Assembly (NCBI RefSeq): GCF_964355755.1
Contig: NC_092674.1
Coordinates: forward strand, 8,618,001-8,682,000
DNA: 64,000 nt
Reading direction: 5' to 3'
Source: Antedon mediterranea
Taxonomy: Eukaryota; Animalia; Echinodermata
In this document: piece after piece, positions 63,501-64,000 of the stretch
How positions within the stretch are numbered: position 1 is the stretch's first letter
Layout: each line of letters opens with the position of its first letter
The notes under the pieces: model-generated
Databases searched by the model: none
Seen by the model: the letters and a program-made list of their open reading frames with translations, nothing else
What the model was told of the DNA's origin: nothing
Made by a program: the position numbers and the translations under genes

Positions 63501-63920
63501 GTGAGTGTTAAAACTTGTATGAATTTAATAATTTAACCAATCATGATGCAATGGATTGTCTGAACTACCGCTTGTGATTGGTCAACTTACAATATGTATT
63601 TCGTCCAAGTAGAAACCAAGCTTTAGCATGCAAATGTTATGAAATGTTTGCAATGTGTGTGCAAACAGTACACTAATGGTTTATATCATTACATCTAGAT
63701 CACATTGGCTACAAGTGCAGCCGAGTGTGTATCCACCCAATTTATTAGCGAAATTATAAACTACATGCCATTTCCTGCAATTCCTTTAATAAAATTCATG
63801 TTTCTTCAAAACATTTAAAAGTATGATAATATTGGAATGGGACTCTCATTAACAAAATTTTTAGCATTTAAGCTACTAACAGAGTTGTACTGTATTACAG
63901 CGCATCACGTATGCAAAACC

Positions 63921-64000
63921 CAGGAGAGCAACAAATCGCTCTCCTCAAATCACCGAGGAGAGCAATTCGCTCTCCTTGCAAAAATTTTAAATCGCTCTCC
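63921..64000. repeat. Short repeated hairpins, probably the end of a TIR element cut by the window edge
   Basis: GGAGAGC...TCGCTCTCC occurs twice, with a third TCGCTCTCC at the edge. Confidence 0.4.

Overview
AT-rich, intron-containing animal DNA, probably a marine invertebrate deuterostome such as an echinoderm (inference from the gene and repeat content). Two protein genes lie on the + strand: a complete five-exon NHLRC3 orthologue (29991-55079, 344 aa) and the first two coding exons of RANBP2/Nup358 (58703-63500). The window also holds a processed RPL36A/eL42 fragment, a 5'-truncated L2/CR1-group LINE with an intact ORF2, tRNA- and 5S-derived SINEs, many non-autonomous DNA transposons and several tandem repeats. 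The outstanding feature is in NHLRC3 intron 1: a 20.4-kb coding-free foldback element (31411-51774). Its arms are about 320-bp near-identical terminal inverted repeats (TIRs) that run into head-to-head arrays of about 106 monomers of a 190/181-bp satellite, meeting with no spacer at 38780/38781. It sits inside the left TIR of a second TIR element that has a 10-bp target-site duplication (TSD). The many short ORFs at 31.7-51.5 kb and 25-26 kb are repeat artefacts. All calls were made by eye; no database search was run.
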